From positions 352,001 to 416,000 of the forward strand of contig JAWAKK010000001.1 of the NCBI GenBank assembly GCA_038887515.1: a stretch of DNA of 64,000 bases. Direction: 5' to 3'. Source of the stretch: Candidatus Nezhaarchaeales archaeon (GTDB taxonomy: Archaea; Thermoproteota; Methanomethylicia; Nezhaarchaeales; WYZ-LMO8). Of this stretch, positions 19,748-29,501 are shown in pieces. The notes beneath the pieces were generated by a model, which worked only from the letters and a program-made list of their open reading frames with translations, was not told where the DNA came from and did not search any database. Position 1 is the stretch's first letter. Each line of letters begins with the position of its first letter. Made by a program: the position numbers and the translations under genes.

Positions 19748-21064
19748 ATGGAGGTTAGCAGAGTGTCTAAAAGAAGGGGAGTTACAAAGCTCCAAATAGC
19801 CGTTATCGTGGTCGTAATAGTAGTTGTTGCGGCTGTTGGAGCATACTTGGCCATGCAACCTACAGCGCCTGGGCCCGGACCCCTTCCGGCTAAAGATAAT
19901 GTAGTGATAGGATGGGCTCACGGCAAGTCAGGTTATTTAGCCCCTCAAACTGCCACACTTCATCCATACTTCTACTGGGTCATTGAGGAGTACAACAATA
20001 AGGGCGGGATCTACGTCCCTGAATACGGTAAAAAGTTACCGATAAGATACATAGAATACGACGATGAAAGCAGTATAGATAAATGCTTAACCTTGTACGA
20101 AAAGCTGATAACTGAAGATAAAGTTGACTTAATCTTCGAACCCACGAGCACGGCATTTGTTTACGCCGTGTTCGCTATGGCTGAGAAGTATAAGTATCCG
20201 CTCATAGGCTTAACATTCGGTTCCGAGATAGCTGCCCAAAAAATGAGGACTGGAGAGTTCAAGTATGCATTTAGCGTATTAGGTTTTCCAAGCGAGGCAG
20301 CAAAGGAAGTAGCCGACTTTTTCGACTACATAAACTCAAAGTACGGCAAAAACGAAATCAAGAAAGTTGGAATAATACATCACAACGACCAGCACGGCGT
20401 AGAATACGCGTCAGCAATGTTCAGTGAGTTAAGTATAAGAGGTTATGATGTGCCCGTCTATCAGAGCTATCCGATGACTATTGCGGACTTCACCCCGCTA
20501 ATAAAAGCTCTTAGAGATGCTAATGTAGATGTTGTAATACTTTGCGGTTACGAAGGAGCGACATTCTTGTGGCAATGTATAGCCCAAGACTATAACCCGA
20601 AGTTCATCATAACCGGGCCAGGTTCAATGGAGGTCCCATTCTTGGTGTTCGGGCCCTTTGGATTTAATGCAGAACAAGTTAAAGGCATCATGAATTACGA
20701 CGGATGGCCTGCAACGAGCTACAATACCCCCGAACTACAAGCATGGGTTGATGAGCACAAGAGAAGGTTGGGTTGGGAACCGTTCCCCGCTGCAGCAACC
20801 TTCTACTCTGCTCTCCAATCAATCTTGCAGGCAGTTGAAAGGCATGGACTGGACAGAACGAAGATAAGGGATGCCCTTGCAACGGAGACATACGATACCC
20901 TACTGGGTAAATTCAAGTTCAGGCAAGGCTACTCCGCTCAAGCTGAGCTCGCTGGTACGTTAATTCAGTGGACCGGAAAAGACATGATGGAAGTCGTGTG
21001 GCCGAAAGGTTCTCCAGCAGCTACTAGTGAGCCAATATACCCGAAGCCTCCATGGCCGAAATGA
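19748..21064 (+). CDS. ABC transporter substrate-binding protein, branched-chain amino acid (LivK/PBP1) family, class III signal peptide
   Basis: YDDESS..LITEDKVDL PBP1 motif; KRRG|VTKLQIAVIVVVIVVVAAVGAY N-terminus; upstream of livHM. Confidence 0.85.
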   Translation: MEVSRVSKRRGVTKLQIAVIVVVIVVVAAVGAYLAMQPTAPGPGPLPAKDNVVIGWAHGKSGYLAPQTATLHPYFYWVIEEYNNKGGIYVPEYGKKLPIRYIEYDDESSIDKCLTLYEKLITEDKVDLIFEPTSTAFVYAVFAMAEKYKYPLIGLTFGSEIAAQKMRTGEFKYAFSVLGFPSEAAKEVADFFDYINSKYGKNEIKKVGIIHHNDQHGVEYASAMFSELSIRGYDVPVYQSYPMTIADFTPLIKALRDANVDVVILCGYEGATFLWQCIAQDYNPKFIITGPGSMEVPFLVFGPFGFNAEQVKGIMNYDGWPATSYNTPELQAWVDEHKRRLGWEPFPAAATFYSALQSILQAVERHGLDRTKIRDALATETYDTLLGKFKFRQGYSAQAELAGTLIQWTGKDMMEVVWPKGSPAATSEPIYPKPPWPK

Positions 21065-21126
21065 CGCTAACTCCATGATACCTTATATACCATTCTCATT
21101 TTTTAATGAGAGTTGTGGGATAAACC

Positions 21127-21987
21127 ATGATCGACGTAGTGATTGGCGGAGCAATATTGGGTGCCATCTTCTCTCTCATAGCTATTGGCCTTAACTTGCA
21201 ATATGGCGTCACGAGGATATTAAATGTAGCTCATGGAGAATTCCTCATGTTGGGCGCTTACATAACTAACTTCTTCTTCATAAACTATGGCATTAACCCG
21301 CTTCTTTGTATAGCTATAAGCGGGCCCTTGGTTTTTGTTATAGGCTTCATAATTCAAAACATAGTCTTCCGTAGGATAATTCTAATATCGAGGGTTGCGG
21401 AAGAGCTGGAGTTTCGGTCCCTCTTAGCATGTTTCGGTCTTATGTACATCATTCAAAACGTTATTAGAGAAATCTTTGGTTCTTTGCCCATGAGCAACTC
21501 CTATCTCATGGAGTCCATTCTAATATTAGGAGAAAGATTTCAATTAAACATGATAGTCTCAGCAATCATGGCTGTAATCATTAGTGCTCTACTTTATGTA
21601 ATGCTACGATTTACGAAAGTAGGGCTAGCTATGAGGGCGGTTGTGGAAGAACCGATAGGAGCACAGCTTGTCGGCATAAACACACTTAGAACACACTCAT
21701 TATCGTTCAGCTTAGGTGCTTTGCTAGCAGCAATAGCCGGTATAATGATTTCTATGATTTATACGAACCTAACCCCTTACGTAGGGCCTCAATATACATT
21801 CATTGCCCTTGCAATAATAGTCTTGGGCGGTATGGGCAGTTTTGTAGGTAGTCTCGTTGGGGGCTTTATTATAGGGTACATATACTATTCGACCTTAAAA
21901 ATAGAACCATTATTGGTCATGGCAATAGTCTACGTATTCTTGATATTATTCTTGATATTTAAGCCGAGAGGACTCTTTGGGCGATGA
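21127..21987 (+). CDS. livH: Branched-chain amino acid ABC permease
   Basis: IGLNLQYGVTRILNVAHGEF, GLAMRAV, VLGGMGS, KPRGLFG. Confidence 0.9.
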   Translation: MIDVVIGGAILGAIFSLIAIGLNLQYGVTRILNVAHGEFLMLGAYITNFFFINYGINPLLCIAISGPLVFVIGFIIQNIVFRRIILISRVAEELEFRSLLACFGLMYIIQNVIREIFGSLPMSNSYLMESILILGERFQLNMIVSAIMAVIISALLYVMLRFTKVGLAMRAVVEEPIGAQLVGINTLRTHSLSFSLGALLAAIAGIMISMIYTNLTPYVGPQYTFIALAIIVLGGMGSFVGSLVGGFIIGYIYYSTLKIEPLLVMAIVYVFLILFLIFKPRGLFGR

Positions 21988-21990
21988 AAC

Positions 21991-22968
21991 ATGTCAGTCG
22001 AGAAGACGCAAAAAGTTAAAGGAGCTTTCTCGATTAAAGCGGTCATAGCTCTAGCAGTTGTAGCAGTGTTGGCTTCCGCTCCGTTCTATACTAGCGAGTA
22101 TTACCTATCGATTATTAGAACCATACTTTTATGGCTCGGGTTATCGATAAGTTGGTACTTCTTTTCGGGTCTTACAAAGTACGTATCGCTTGGCTCGGCC
22201 GCTTTCTTTGGCTTAGGCGTTTACTTTACAGTAAAGTATCTAGACCTTAGCCATAAAGGTCTATGGCCAACCCTTCCGCTTCCAGTAATAATATTGATGG
22301 GTACAGTTATGTGCTTTGCTTTGGCTCTAGTGATTGGTTTAGTAACCTTAAGGGTTAAAGGGATATACTTTGCGATACTAACTTTCGGTATAAGCGAAAT
22401 GCTTAAAAACTTCTTTGAATGGTGGGAAATAAGGGTTGTTGGTACTCGAGGAACGTACCTTCCAATATTTATGGATTACGTGAGCTTCTACTACATGGTT
22501 TTTGTACCTGCAATGATAGCGCTCGGCGTCGTGGCTTTCTTAAGTAGGTCTAAGTTTGGTTTGGGTTTAAGAATGATAGGAGAGAACGAGGATACCGCTG
22601 TTCACGTAGGCGTCAACACTACAATTCTAAAGACGCTGGGGTTCGCTGTAAGCTCCATGCTCATTGGCCTTATGGGAGGCTGCTTTGCAATGAGGTTCGC
22701 ATATGTAAACGTTGACATAGCCTTCGATCCCCTCTATACGTTCATGCCTGCGGCAATGACATTACTTGGAGGAGCCATAAATATGTACGGTCCTATAATT
22801 GGGGCGGTCATACTATCGCTGATAAGTGAGTATCTTCGAGTATCGTATCCACACTACTTCTTAATAATTTTAGGATTGGTGTTCATAGCGATAATACTAT
22901 TCATGCCGAACGGCATAATGGGTAGATTGAGGGAATTTAAAGTAAGGCAACAAAAAAATCAAAGTTAA
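21991..22968 (+). CDS. livM: Branched-chain amino acid ABC permease
   Basis: SLGSAAFFGLG, LRVKGIYFAILT, GENEDTA..GVN, MPNGIMG. Confidence 0.9.
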   Translation: MSVEKTQKVKGAFSIKAVIALAVVAVLASAPFYTSEYYLSIIRTILLWLGLSISWYFFSGLTKYVSLGSAAFFGLGVYFTVKYLDLSHKGLWPTLPLPVIILMGTVMCFALALVIGLVTLRVKGIYFAILTFGISEMLKNFFEWWEIRVVGTRGTYLPIFMDYVSFYYMVFVPAMIALGVVAFLSRSKFGLGLRMIGENEDTAVHVGVNTTILKTLGFAVSSMLIGLMGGCFAMRFAYVNVDIAFDPLYTFMPAAMTLLGGAINMYGPIIGAVILSLISEYLRVSYPHYFLIILGLVFIAIILFMPNGIMGRLREFKVRQQKNQS

Positions 22969-22975
22969 AAAGGTT

Positions 22976-23680
22976 CTAGAGACCTAGATAGGCTTTTTTA
23001 ACGTAGTCGTTTTCTAGAAGTTCTTTTCCCTTTCCTTGCAACATTACTCTACCCGTTTCTAGTACATATGCTCTATCCGCCAGACTTAAAGCATGATAGA
23101 CGTTCTGTTCCGCTAGTAAGATGCTAATTCCACGCCCTTTTAGTTTCTCGACTGTTTTGAATATTTCGAGGGCCATTTTAGGCGAAAGGCCTTGAGTTGG
23201 TTCGTCTAGAATGAGTAGCTCTGGATTCGACATTAAGCCTCGAGCTATCGTAAGCATCCTTTGTTCTCCTCCGCTAAGCGTCATTGCTAATTGTCTCTCC
23301 CTTTCTTTTAAGATTGGAAATAGCTCGCAAACGGTCTTGAACATTTCTTCCTTCGTTTTCTTCCCCCTAGCAGCGTAAGCGCCTAACAATAAGTTCTCTC
23401 GGACAGTCATCCTTCCAAAAAGCTTCCTGTCTTCAGGTACGAGAGCTATTCCAACATCGACGACTTTGTGTGGCGGAAGCCTGGTTATATCTATGCCGTT
23501 AAACTTTATGGTTCCAGATGATGGTTTTAGCAGGCCGACTATAGCGTTTATCAGCGTTGTCTTGCCAGCTCCATTAGGGCCTATTAACGATACTACCTCG
23601 CCTTTATTAACTTCGATAGATACTTTCCAAAGTATTTGAATAGGACCTCGAAAAACGTCGACTTCTCTCACTTCAAGCAT
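22976..23680 (-). CDS. livF: Branched-chain amino acid ABC ATPase
   Basis: GPNGAGKTT, VPEDRKLF, LSGGEQRML, LDEP, EQN, VKKAYLG. Confidence 0.92.
   Translation of the reverse strand: MLEVREVDVFRGPIQILWKVSIEVNKGEVVSLIGPNGAGKTTLINAIVGLLKPSSGTIKFNGIDITRLPPHKVVDVGIALVPEDRKLFGRMTVRENLLLGAYAARGKKTKEEMFKTVCELFPILKERERQLAMTLSGGEQRMLTIARGLMSNPELLILDEPTQGLSPKMALEIFKTVEKLKGRGISILLAEQNVYHALSLADRAYVLETGRVMLQGKGKELLENDYVKKAYLGL
23552..23584. repeat. 33-bp exact repeat copy 1 (Walker A codons of livF)
   Basis: CAGCGTTGTCTTGCCAGCTCCATTAGGGCCTAT identical to 24271-24303. Confidence 0.85.
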
Positions 23681-24405
23681 AAACTTTCACCTAAGTAGAC
23701 TTTTATGACTTCAGGGGTATTAGCAACTTCCTGCGGTTTTCCTTCAGCTAATTTTGTACCTTGATGTAGGACCACGACTCGATCTGATATGCCCATTATT
23801 GCACGCATGTTGTGCTCAATCATTACGATGGTTATTCCATCCTTGGAGCGCAGTTCTTTTATTATATCTAGTGCTTGTGCTATCTCGGCTGGGTTAAGAC
23901 CCGCTAGGACCTCATCTAAGAGGAGGAGCTTAGGATTTATTGCTAGAGATCTAGCTATTTCGAGCATTCTCTGTTCGTAGATCGTAAGACTTGAAGCTGG
24001 AACGCTGGTTTTCTTCTCTAGCCCGAGCCTATTTAAAATAGATGCAATTCTAACCTTAACTTCCGAAGAACTCTTCTCTCTTACACAGCCGAAGAGGAAA
24101 GCTGCCATAACGTTCTCGTAAACCGTCATGTTGGGGAAAGGCTTCGGCGTCTGAAACGTCCTCGCTATCCCTAGCTTACAAATTCTGTGGGGGGGCCAGC
24201 CAGCTATCTCCTTGCCTTCAAACCTTATCGATCCACTATCCGGTTTGTAAGTGCCGGCTATCACATTAAACAGCGTTGTCTTGCCAGCTCCATTAGGGCC
24301 TATGAGACCTAGTATCTCGCCCTTGTCGACGTAGAGGTTTACGTTTCTTAGGGCTTCAAGCCCTCCGAACCGTTTCGATACACCTTCGACTTCAAGTAGC
24401 TTCAA
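23668..24405 (-). CDS. livG: Branched-chain amino acid ABC ATPase
   Basis: KRFGGL, GPNGAGKTT, GIARTFQ, LLDE, IEHNM, VIKVYLG. Confidence 0.92.
   Translation of the reverse strand: MKLLEVEGVSKRFGGLEALRNVNLYVDKGEILGLIGPNGAGKTTLFNVIAGTYKPDSGSIRFEGKEIAGWPPHRICKLGIARTFQTPKPFPNMTVYENVMAAFLFGCVREKSSSEVKVRIASILNRLGLEKKTSVPASSLTIYEQRMLEIARSLAINPKLLLLDEVLAGLNPAEIAQALDIIKELRSKDGITIVMIEHNMRAIMGISDRVVVLHQGTKLAEGKPQEVANTPEVIKVYLGESLCLK
24271..24303. repeat. 33-bp exact repeat copy 2 (Walker A codons of livG)
   Basis: Identical to 23552-23584. Confidence 0.85.
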
Positions 24406-24818
24406 AACCCATCCCCACTTTCTCTGTCTCTTTTAAGCTTTACTAGGACTTTTGAGGTATGACAACATATAAGTTTAACCCGCACGCTTAAGAGCTATCA
24501 TACCACCAAATCCGCTCCTTTTGAGGTTTGTCTCCTCCATAGCATATGACCCCTAACCTCTTAGAACATCTTCGAAAGCTACGACATTACGGACAAGCTA
24601 TATTGTAAACAGCTTACGCGAGCCCGAATTCCACTTTAGCAAAGCCGTCAGAAGTTGGAGGAGAATCCATAGTTAAGAGAAGCTATAAAATTATGATGAA
24701 TGCCAGGGCGAGCCGCCAATCAACTCTAGACTTTGTGAAAAGACCTCATGGAGTACATGAAGTTAACCAAGGGGGCCTTGACGTCATCGTTAAGATCTAA
24801 GAACCTCAAACTTGATAG

Positions 24819-25210
24819 CTAATCAGCGCTTGGGCTCATAAGCTTCAATAACTTGTCTTCATATTTAGAAACGACTTTAACTATTGGAGCTAAAATGGTT
24901 ATCGTTGAGAATATGCTGGTCAAGCCTTCCAGCTCCCTCTTGGTCAATACTCGAAGCGGTGGAGCTATCGTGAGGTAGGCTACCAAGTAAACCAGGGCAC
25001 TAACTATTAGGTTAACGATGCTAGGTAGGAGCTGGTGAAGCGTTAGTGGCATTATGGTGAGCGAAGCTAGTAGTGAAGCCAGGTAGATCTTAGCCGAAGC
25101 CTTTAAATCCAGTATCATCTTGTACCTCTTAACAGCCATCATTAGGCCATACAAGGTTGAAGTTGTTGTGGCCATTATTATTGCCAATAGCATCCCTTCA
25201 ACCTTAAAGG
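24819..25210 (-). pseudogene. C-terminal fragment of a polysaccharide flippase (Wzx/MATE-like)
   Basis: Only the last TM helices remain (KIYLASLLAS..YLVAYLTIAP..ELEGL); N-terminal three quarters absent. Confidence 0.55.
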
Positions 25211-25219
25211 TGAAGGTTA

Positions 25220-25674
25220 ATGGAGGAGCTAAGGAGGCGAAGACTATCGTGTAGAGGGCTGCTGCTTTAACTCTCCTAGTCTCAACATCTTTAGCCATAA
25301 GGCTCTACCCAACGTTGTCGAGTGGGCTACCCTTTTCAACCGATGCCTGGCCTCTCATAAGGAACACGGAGCTCCTTCTAGAGAACACTCCTGTAAGCTT
25401 GTCTCACGAGGTATTTGACGGCTACAACAACTACTGGCCTGCTAGCAGCATCTTCGGAGCAGTCTTCTCGCTAATCTCTGGCTTGAGCCCAATGGTCGCC
25501 ATGTCAATGAGCATACCTGCTGTGCATAGTTATTATCGGGTAGTCTTTAAGGAGCTTGTACATGAATATGAACGTGCACATATAAGATCACGCTCTACAA
25601 ATAGCATTACATCTAATAGGCACATAGACGTTGTGTGTTTAGAAATACTCATTAGGCTTTCCTTTAATGAATAG
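25220..25674 (+). pseudogene. N-terminal fragment of a conserved archaeal multi-TM surface-glycosylation-cluster protein
   Basis: Frame-disrupted start (ATG near 25220, then AAALTLLVSTSLAIRLYPTLSSGLPFSTDAWPLIRN..GYNNYWP); similarity lost after about 25520. Confidence 0.45.
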
Positions 25675-26043
25675 ATTATGAGATAAAAACATGGCCTAGT
25701 CTTCCATCAAGAAATAGTTCGTAAATCATCTATCATCACCTTAAGACATCTTCGATAAGGCCTCTTGGTATGATCTTTTTGACGATGACCTTAGCGTTGA
25801 TTCCTTCTCCTACGCTATTTTTAGGATCAATTGAGGAATTAATTGGACCTCCTCAAGACTATCAATCTTAAGCTTGAGCTTTAGTATTTTTTAGTTTTTT
25901 TATTTTTTATTTATTTTAATTACATTAATTCTAAGCCTGGCAAGATAGCGTTGAGACCCTAAGCCCTTTAAGGCTTTTTCTAAGACTTTTTGAGAGTATA
26001 ACTACATATAAGATTTATCTTATGCATTTAGAGGACATCTACG

Positions 26044-26805
26044 TTATTGGATTGGTATTTCATAGGAAATTTTTCCTCTATAGTACGTAACCTTTATCCT
26101 TTTCTTGGAGTCTCTTAAAAGCTGTAAAGTTATGAGTAAACCGGCTACAAAACCACCTATGTGAGCCCAAAAAGCTACTCCAGCAAAGTAGTTCGAAGCT
26201 AAGGCTAGAAGGCCCATCCACAGTTGATATAGGAACCATATAGTTATGAATATTGATGCTGGAATGGATAGCACTAAGGGGAGGAAGAGAAAGATCGTTA
26301 AGACTTGAAGGCGGGATCTCGGAAAAGCGTTTAGATAACCACCTATTAAACCCGAAATAGCTCCACTAGCACCTACACACGGTATCCAAAGAGGGTCCAC
26401 TACTAGAGGCTTGCCGTACGGGTTGTAGATGATCATCGGCTCTGCAAAGGACTTTTCAATTCCTATATGCATAAAGGCTGCGCATAGACCGCAGACAAAG
26501 TAAAAAGCTACGAACTTTGTTCTTCCCAGCCTGTTTTCGAGAGGAGCCCCGAAAACATAGAGATACAACATGTTACCCAATAAGTGGATCCACCCACCAT
26601 GCATGAACATTGAAGTTACGATTGTATGTAACTTTTCGCCTCTAAGTATTAAGTGAGGAATCATGCCCAGGTCTTGTATAGCCTCTTGAAGAGCTTGAGG
26701 GCCTTGAACGTAAAAGTATAGGAAGACAAGGAAGTTTATCAGCATTAAGATCCAGGTAACAATAGGTCTTCTAGTTCTCGGAACGTGGGAAGGTAATGGT
26801 ATCAA
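26044..26805 (-). CDS. Rhomboid family intramembrane serine protease
   Basis: TSMFMHGGWIHLLGNMLYL, GASGAISG catalytic Ser, AFWAHIGGF catalytic His. Confidence 0.95.
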   Translation of the reverse strand: MIPLPSHVPRTRRPIVTWILMLINFLVFLYFYVQGPQALQEAIQDLGMIPHLILRGEKLHTIVTSMFMHGGWIHLLGNMLYLYVFGAPLENRLGRTKFVAFYFVCGLCAAFMHIGIEKSFAEPMIIYNPYGKPLVVDPLWIPCVGASGAISGLIGGYLNAFPRSRLQVLTIFLFLPLVLSIPASIFITIWFLYQLWMGLLALASNYFAGVAFWAHIGGFVAGLLITLQLLRDSKKRIKVTYYRGKISYEIPIQ

Positions 26806-26983
26806 AGCTTGGGCACCCGCGCAGAAGTAGTAAGAGAACTTAAATTCAATAACCTTTTCCTAGCAGCCTAACTAAAGGGTACTAAATTAAGTAAGAATAA
26901 TATAAAGCACTTGATTGGCAAAATGCTTTTAGGCTGAGAAAGATTATTACTTAGGGATTGTCATCACATCACCGTGATGCAAC

Positions 26984-27634
26984 TTGGCTCTCGACTTTCT
27001 AGCTCAAGTAGTAATCATATCGGCTTCCGGAGCTCTAGCTCCAGGTCCTTTAACAACTTTAACGGCTACCATCGGCGCTAAGAGAGGATGGAAAGCTGGC
27101 CTTTTAGTAGCTCTGGGCCACACGGCGGTGGAGCTACCGCTAGTAATCCTAATAGCGCTCGGGGTCCTAGCGATCTTTGAAGACAACTTTACTTCAAGTC
27201 TTCTAGCCTTAATAGGAGGATCCTTCCTCTTGTTTTTCGGGGTCTTGACCCTTAAGGACTCTTTAAGATGGCACTCCTCGAGTGTGTCTATCAACTCTAA
27301 AGCGAAGAAATCGTATGAGAACCCCATACTCATAGGCATAACTCTCTCCGCTCTAAACCCGTTCTTCATTATTTGGTGGCTCGGGGTAGGCTCGCCTCTG
27401 GTCTACGAGGCTTTAAGGCTTTGGAGCTTCCAAGGCTTGGCTTTAATGTATGTAAGTCACGTATGGCTTGATTTCGCTTGGCTTCCATCAGTTGCATATC
27501 TCGCTTCTCTTGGAAAGTTCAACATTAAATTTTTGAGAGCACTGTTAGCGGCCTTAGCGTTAGCCATCCTATACTTCGCCTTTTCGTTCATTGCTAGCGG
27601 GCTCAGCACCCTTGCCACGACGAAGTTAAGTTAA
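26984..27634 (+). CDS. LysE family transporter
   Basis: SGALAPGPL, GHTAVE, LNPFFIIWW motifs. Confidence 0.85.
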   Translation: MALDFLAQVVIISASGALAPGPLTTLTATIGAKRGWKAGLLVALGHTAVELPLVILIALGVLAIFEDNFTSSLLALIGGSFLLFFGVLTLKDSLRWHSSSVSINSKAKKSYENPILIGITLSALNPFFIIWWLGVGSPLVYEALRLWSFQGLALMYVSHVWLDFAWLPSVAYLASLGKFNIKFLRALLAALALAILYFAFSFIASGLSTLATTKLS

Positions 27635-27675
27635 AGTGGATCTCACCTAGACGGCTCTTTTATGGTGGGGGCCAG

Positions 27676-28284
27676 GTGAAGCTTGTCCCGTGGCGCAGGA
27701 TCGAAAGCTGGTCCTGCATTGCGTGTGGAGATTGCTGTAAGGAATTTAGAGTCCCCTTAAAAGCCTATGAGGCGGCGAGGCTCGCGAGGTTATTCGGTTA
27801 TACGTGCATAGAATTTAACATCGAAAGGTACGTTTTGAGGAAGAGACTTGATGGAAGGTGTATCTTTCAGGTATACAGTAATGGTAAATGGGTTTGTGGT
27901 ATCCAAAGCATTAAACCTTTGGCATGTAAGATCTGGCCTTTCCTAGTATCTCATATGCCCTCTCACGGATCTAAGGAGGAAGCTTGGTACGAGTACGAAG
28001 GCCGTAAGTACTACATCTATGTTAACACTTTTTGTAGAGGAATCGCGTACGGCAAGCCTACTAAGACGTTATCGGAAAAAGTCTTACCAGAGTTCATAGA
28101 GCTAAGTCTAGGTATTAGAGAAAAGCAAAATCTATCAACGTCTATGTTAGTGAACTATGGACAAAAGGGTCATACAATCCCACTTGTCAACGTCAATTAC
28201 CTATTATTGCGAGGCGGTAGACCCTACGTTCTTATACCCTTATACTATGGTGGACTTTGCAAATTCGGTGGCTTAACAAGTTAA
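27676..28284 (+). CDS. YkgJ/UPF0153 Fe-S or Zn cysteine-cluster protein
   Basis: CIACGDCC, GRCIF, CGIQSIKPLACKIWPF, CRG. Confidence 0.85.
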   Translation: MKLVPWRRIESWSCIACGDCCKEFRVPLKAYEAARLARLFGYTCIEFNIERYVLRKRLDGRCIFQVYSNGKWVCGIQSIKPLACKIWPFLVSHMPSHGSKEEAWYEYEGRKYYIYVNTFCRGIAYGKPTKTLSEKVLPEFIELSLGIREKQNLSTSMLVNYGQKGHTIPLVNVNYLLLRGGRPYVLIPLYYGGLCKFGGLTS

Positions 28285-28334
28285 AGCTAATAGTTTAGCT
28301 CCAAAATTTATGGAAAAGAGGGAGGGGTTAAAAG

Positions 28335-28421
28335 ATGAAGGTAGGGCTAAGTAAGTGCTCTCTGTGCGGGGTGCTCTTCGCTAAAGTAAGTTGTAAAGCT
28401 TGTAAGAGAATCTCTAAGTAG
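28335..28421 (+). pseudogene. 28-aa CxxC-x8-CxxC peptide, probably a truncated zinc-finger gene
   Basis: GGAGGGG RBS, ATG at 28335, MKVGLSKCSLCGVLFAKVSCKACKRISK then TAG. Confidence 0.4.
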
Positions 28422-28427
28422 TAAGAT

Positions 28428-29501
28428 TCATTCTTCATTTTCTACGAAGTTTAAGGCCACCATGTAATCTCCAGAGGCTCCTACAACTATTCTTTGATAC
28501 CTCAAGCCCTTGAAGTTAACTTCTTCAAGTCTACCCTCCACCTCTATTACTTCACCTTTAACTGCTTGCTCAGAGAACCTTCCCCTAAAAGAAGTAACTT
28601 CTTTTAGTAAGCTGGAATTCACGCTTCCGCTTACGACCTCTAGGCACCTGACCTTATAAGTGCACGGCGTAAACAGCGACTCAGAATCATCAGTTACAAC
28701 GGCTCTAACCTTAGCTCTACCTAAACCCCTACTCCTCCTTTCACCATAAGTTTCGCCTATCTCATGAAGATCCTTGACGAAGCGGATGAAGTAAGTATAT
28801 CCTCTATATACTCCTTGAATAACCTTCCTCCTTTCCTGTTTCACGAAGACGTCATAACTCATCGGAGTCTCCGAAGACCTAAACTCAAAAAGTTTCTTCA
28901 AGTACTCCTCATTAAACCTCTTGAAATGGTCTTCCTCATCTAGAAGTTTTCTTAAAGCCCTCTGCACCTTAATGCTGTTAACTATGCCGTAGACGATGAG
29001 ATCTATATCTGATGTATGCGTGTGTAACGATAACAGGAGTGAACCCGATATCCCCATGTCGTTTAAGTCCACTCCTGATGCTGAGCTAATCTCTTCAGCG
29101 AAGCTCTTAGCTGCCTGTGCTAACGGATCTCTAATCCTATTCATTACTTCCATTAAGCCTTTGCTTGGATCATACACCCTCCAAATCTTCTTGCGTGGAA
29201 CCGACTGTAACTCTACGTCAAAGACCTCGTCGTAGTGCAGATATTGAGGGTACCTCGACCTTATTATCGATAGTTGCTCTTCAAATCCATATATCCTCCT
29301 ATACCTTACGTTGCTCCGTACCCTTTCCCCTTTCGGGTCAGCCATGTACCTCAAATATGCTATAATCCTATGAGGAGGATGGACAAGTCCCTTAACTGTA
29401 AATATCAGTTGTTCTGGAGTTTCTACGTAGCCTCCTTCAAGCATCCATCTTCCTCTTAATGTCTTCGAGCAGTTGCTCAATCTTGTCAAGCCTCCCTTCA
29501 A
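28428..29501 (-). CDS. Predicted archaeal nucleotidyltransferase (COG1665-like); true start probably MLEGGYVE near 29444
   Basis: VKGLVHPP, pol-beta-type GISGS..SDIDLIVYG, SFRGRFSEQA. Confidence 0.8.
   Translation of the reverse strand: MKGGLTRLSNCSKTLRGRWMLEGGYVETPEQLIFTVKGLVHPPHRIIAYLRYMADPKGERVRSNVRYRRIYGFEEQLSIIRSRYPQYLHYDEVFDVELQSVPRKKIWRVYDPSKGLMEVMNRIRDPLAQAAKSFAEEISSASGVDLNDMGISGSLLLSLHTHTSDIDLIVYGIVNSIKVQRALRKLLDEEDHFKRFNEEYLKKLFEFRSSETPMSYDVFVKQERRKVIQGVYRGYTYFIRFVKDLHEIGETYGERRSRGLGRAKVRAVVTDDSESLFTPCTYKVRCLEVVSGSVNSSLLKEVTSFRGRFSEQAVKGEVIEVEGRLEEVNFKGLRYQRIVVGASGDYMVALNFVENEE

Noticed and set aside
25880-25925. Long T-rich tract
   Set aside because: Low-complexity sequence with no repeat unit; may be a terminator but cannot be assigned to a gene.
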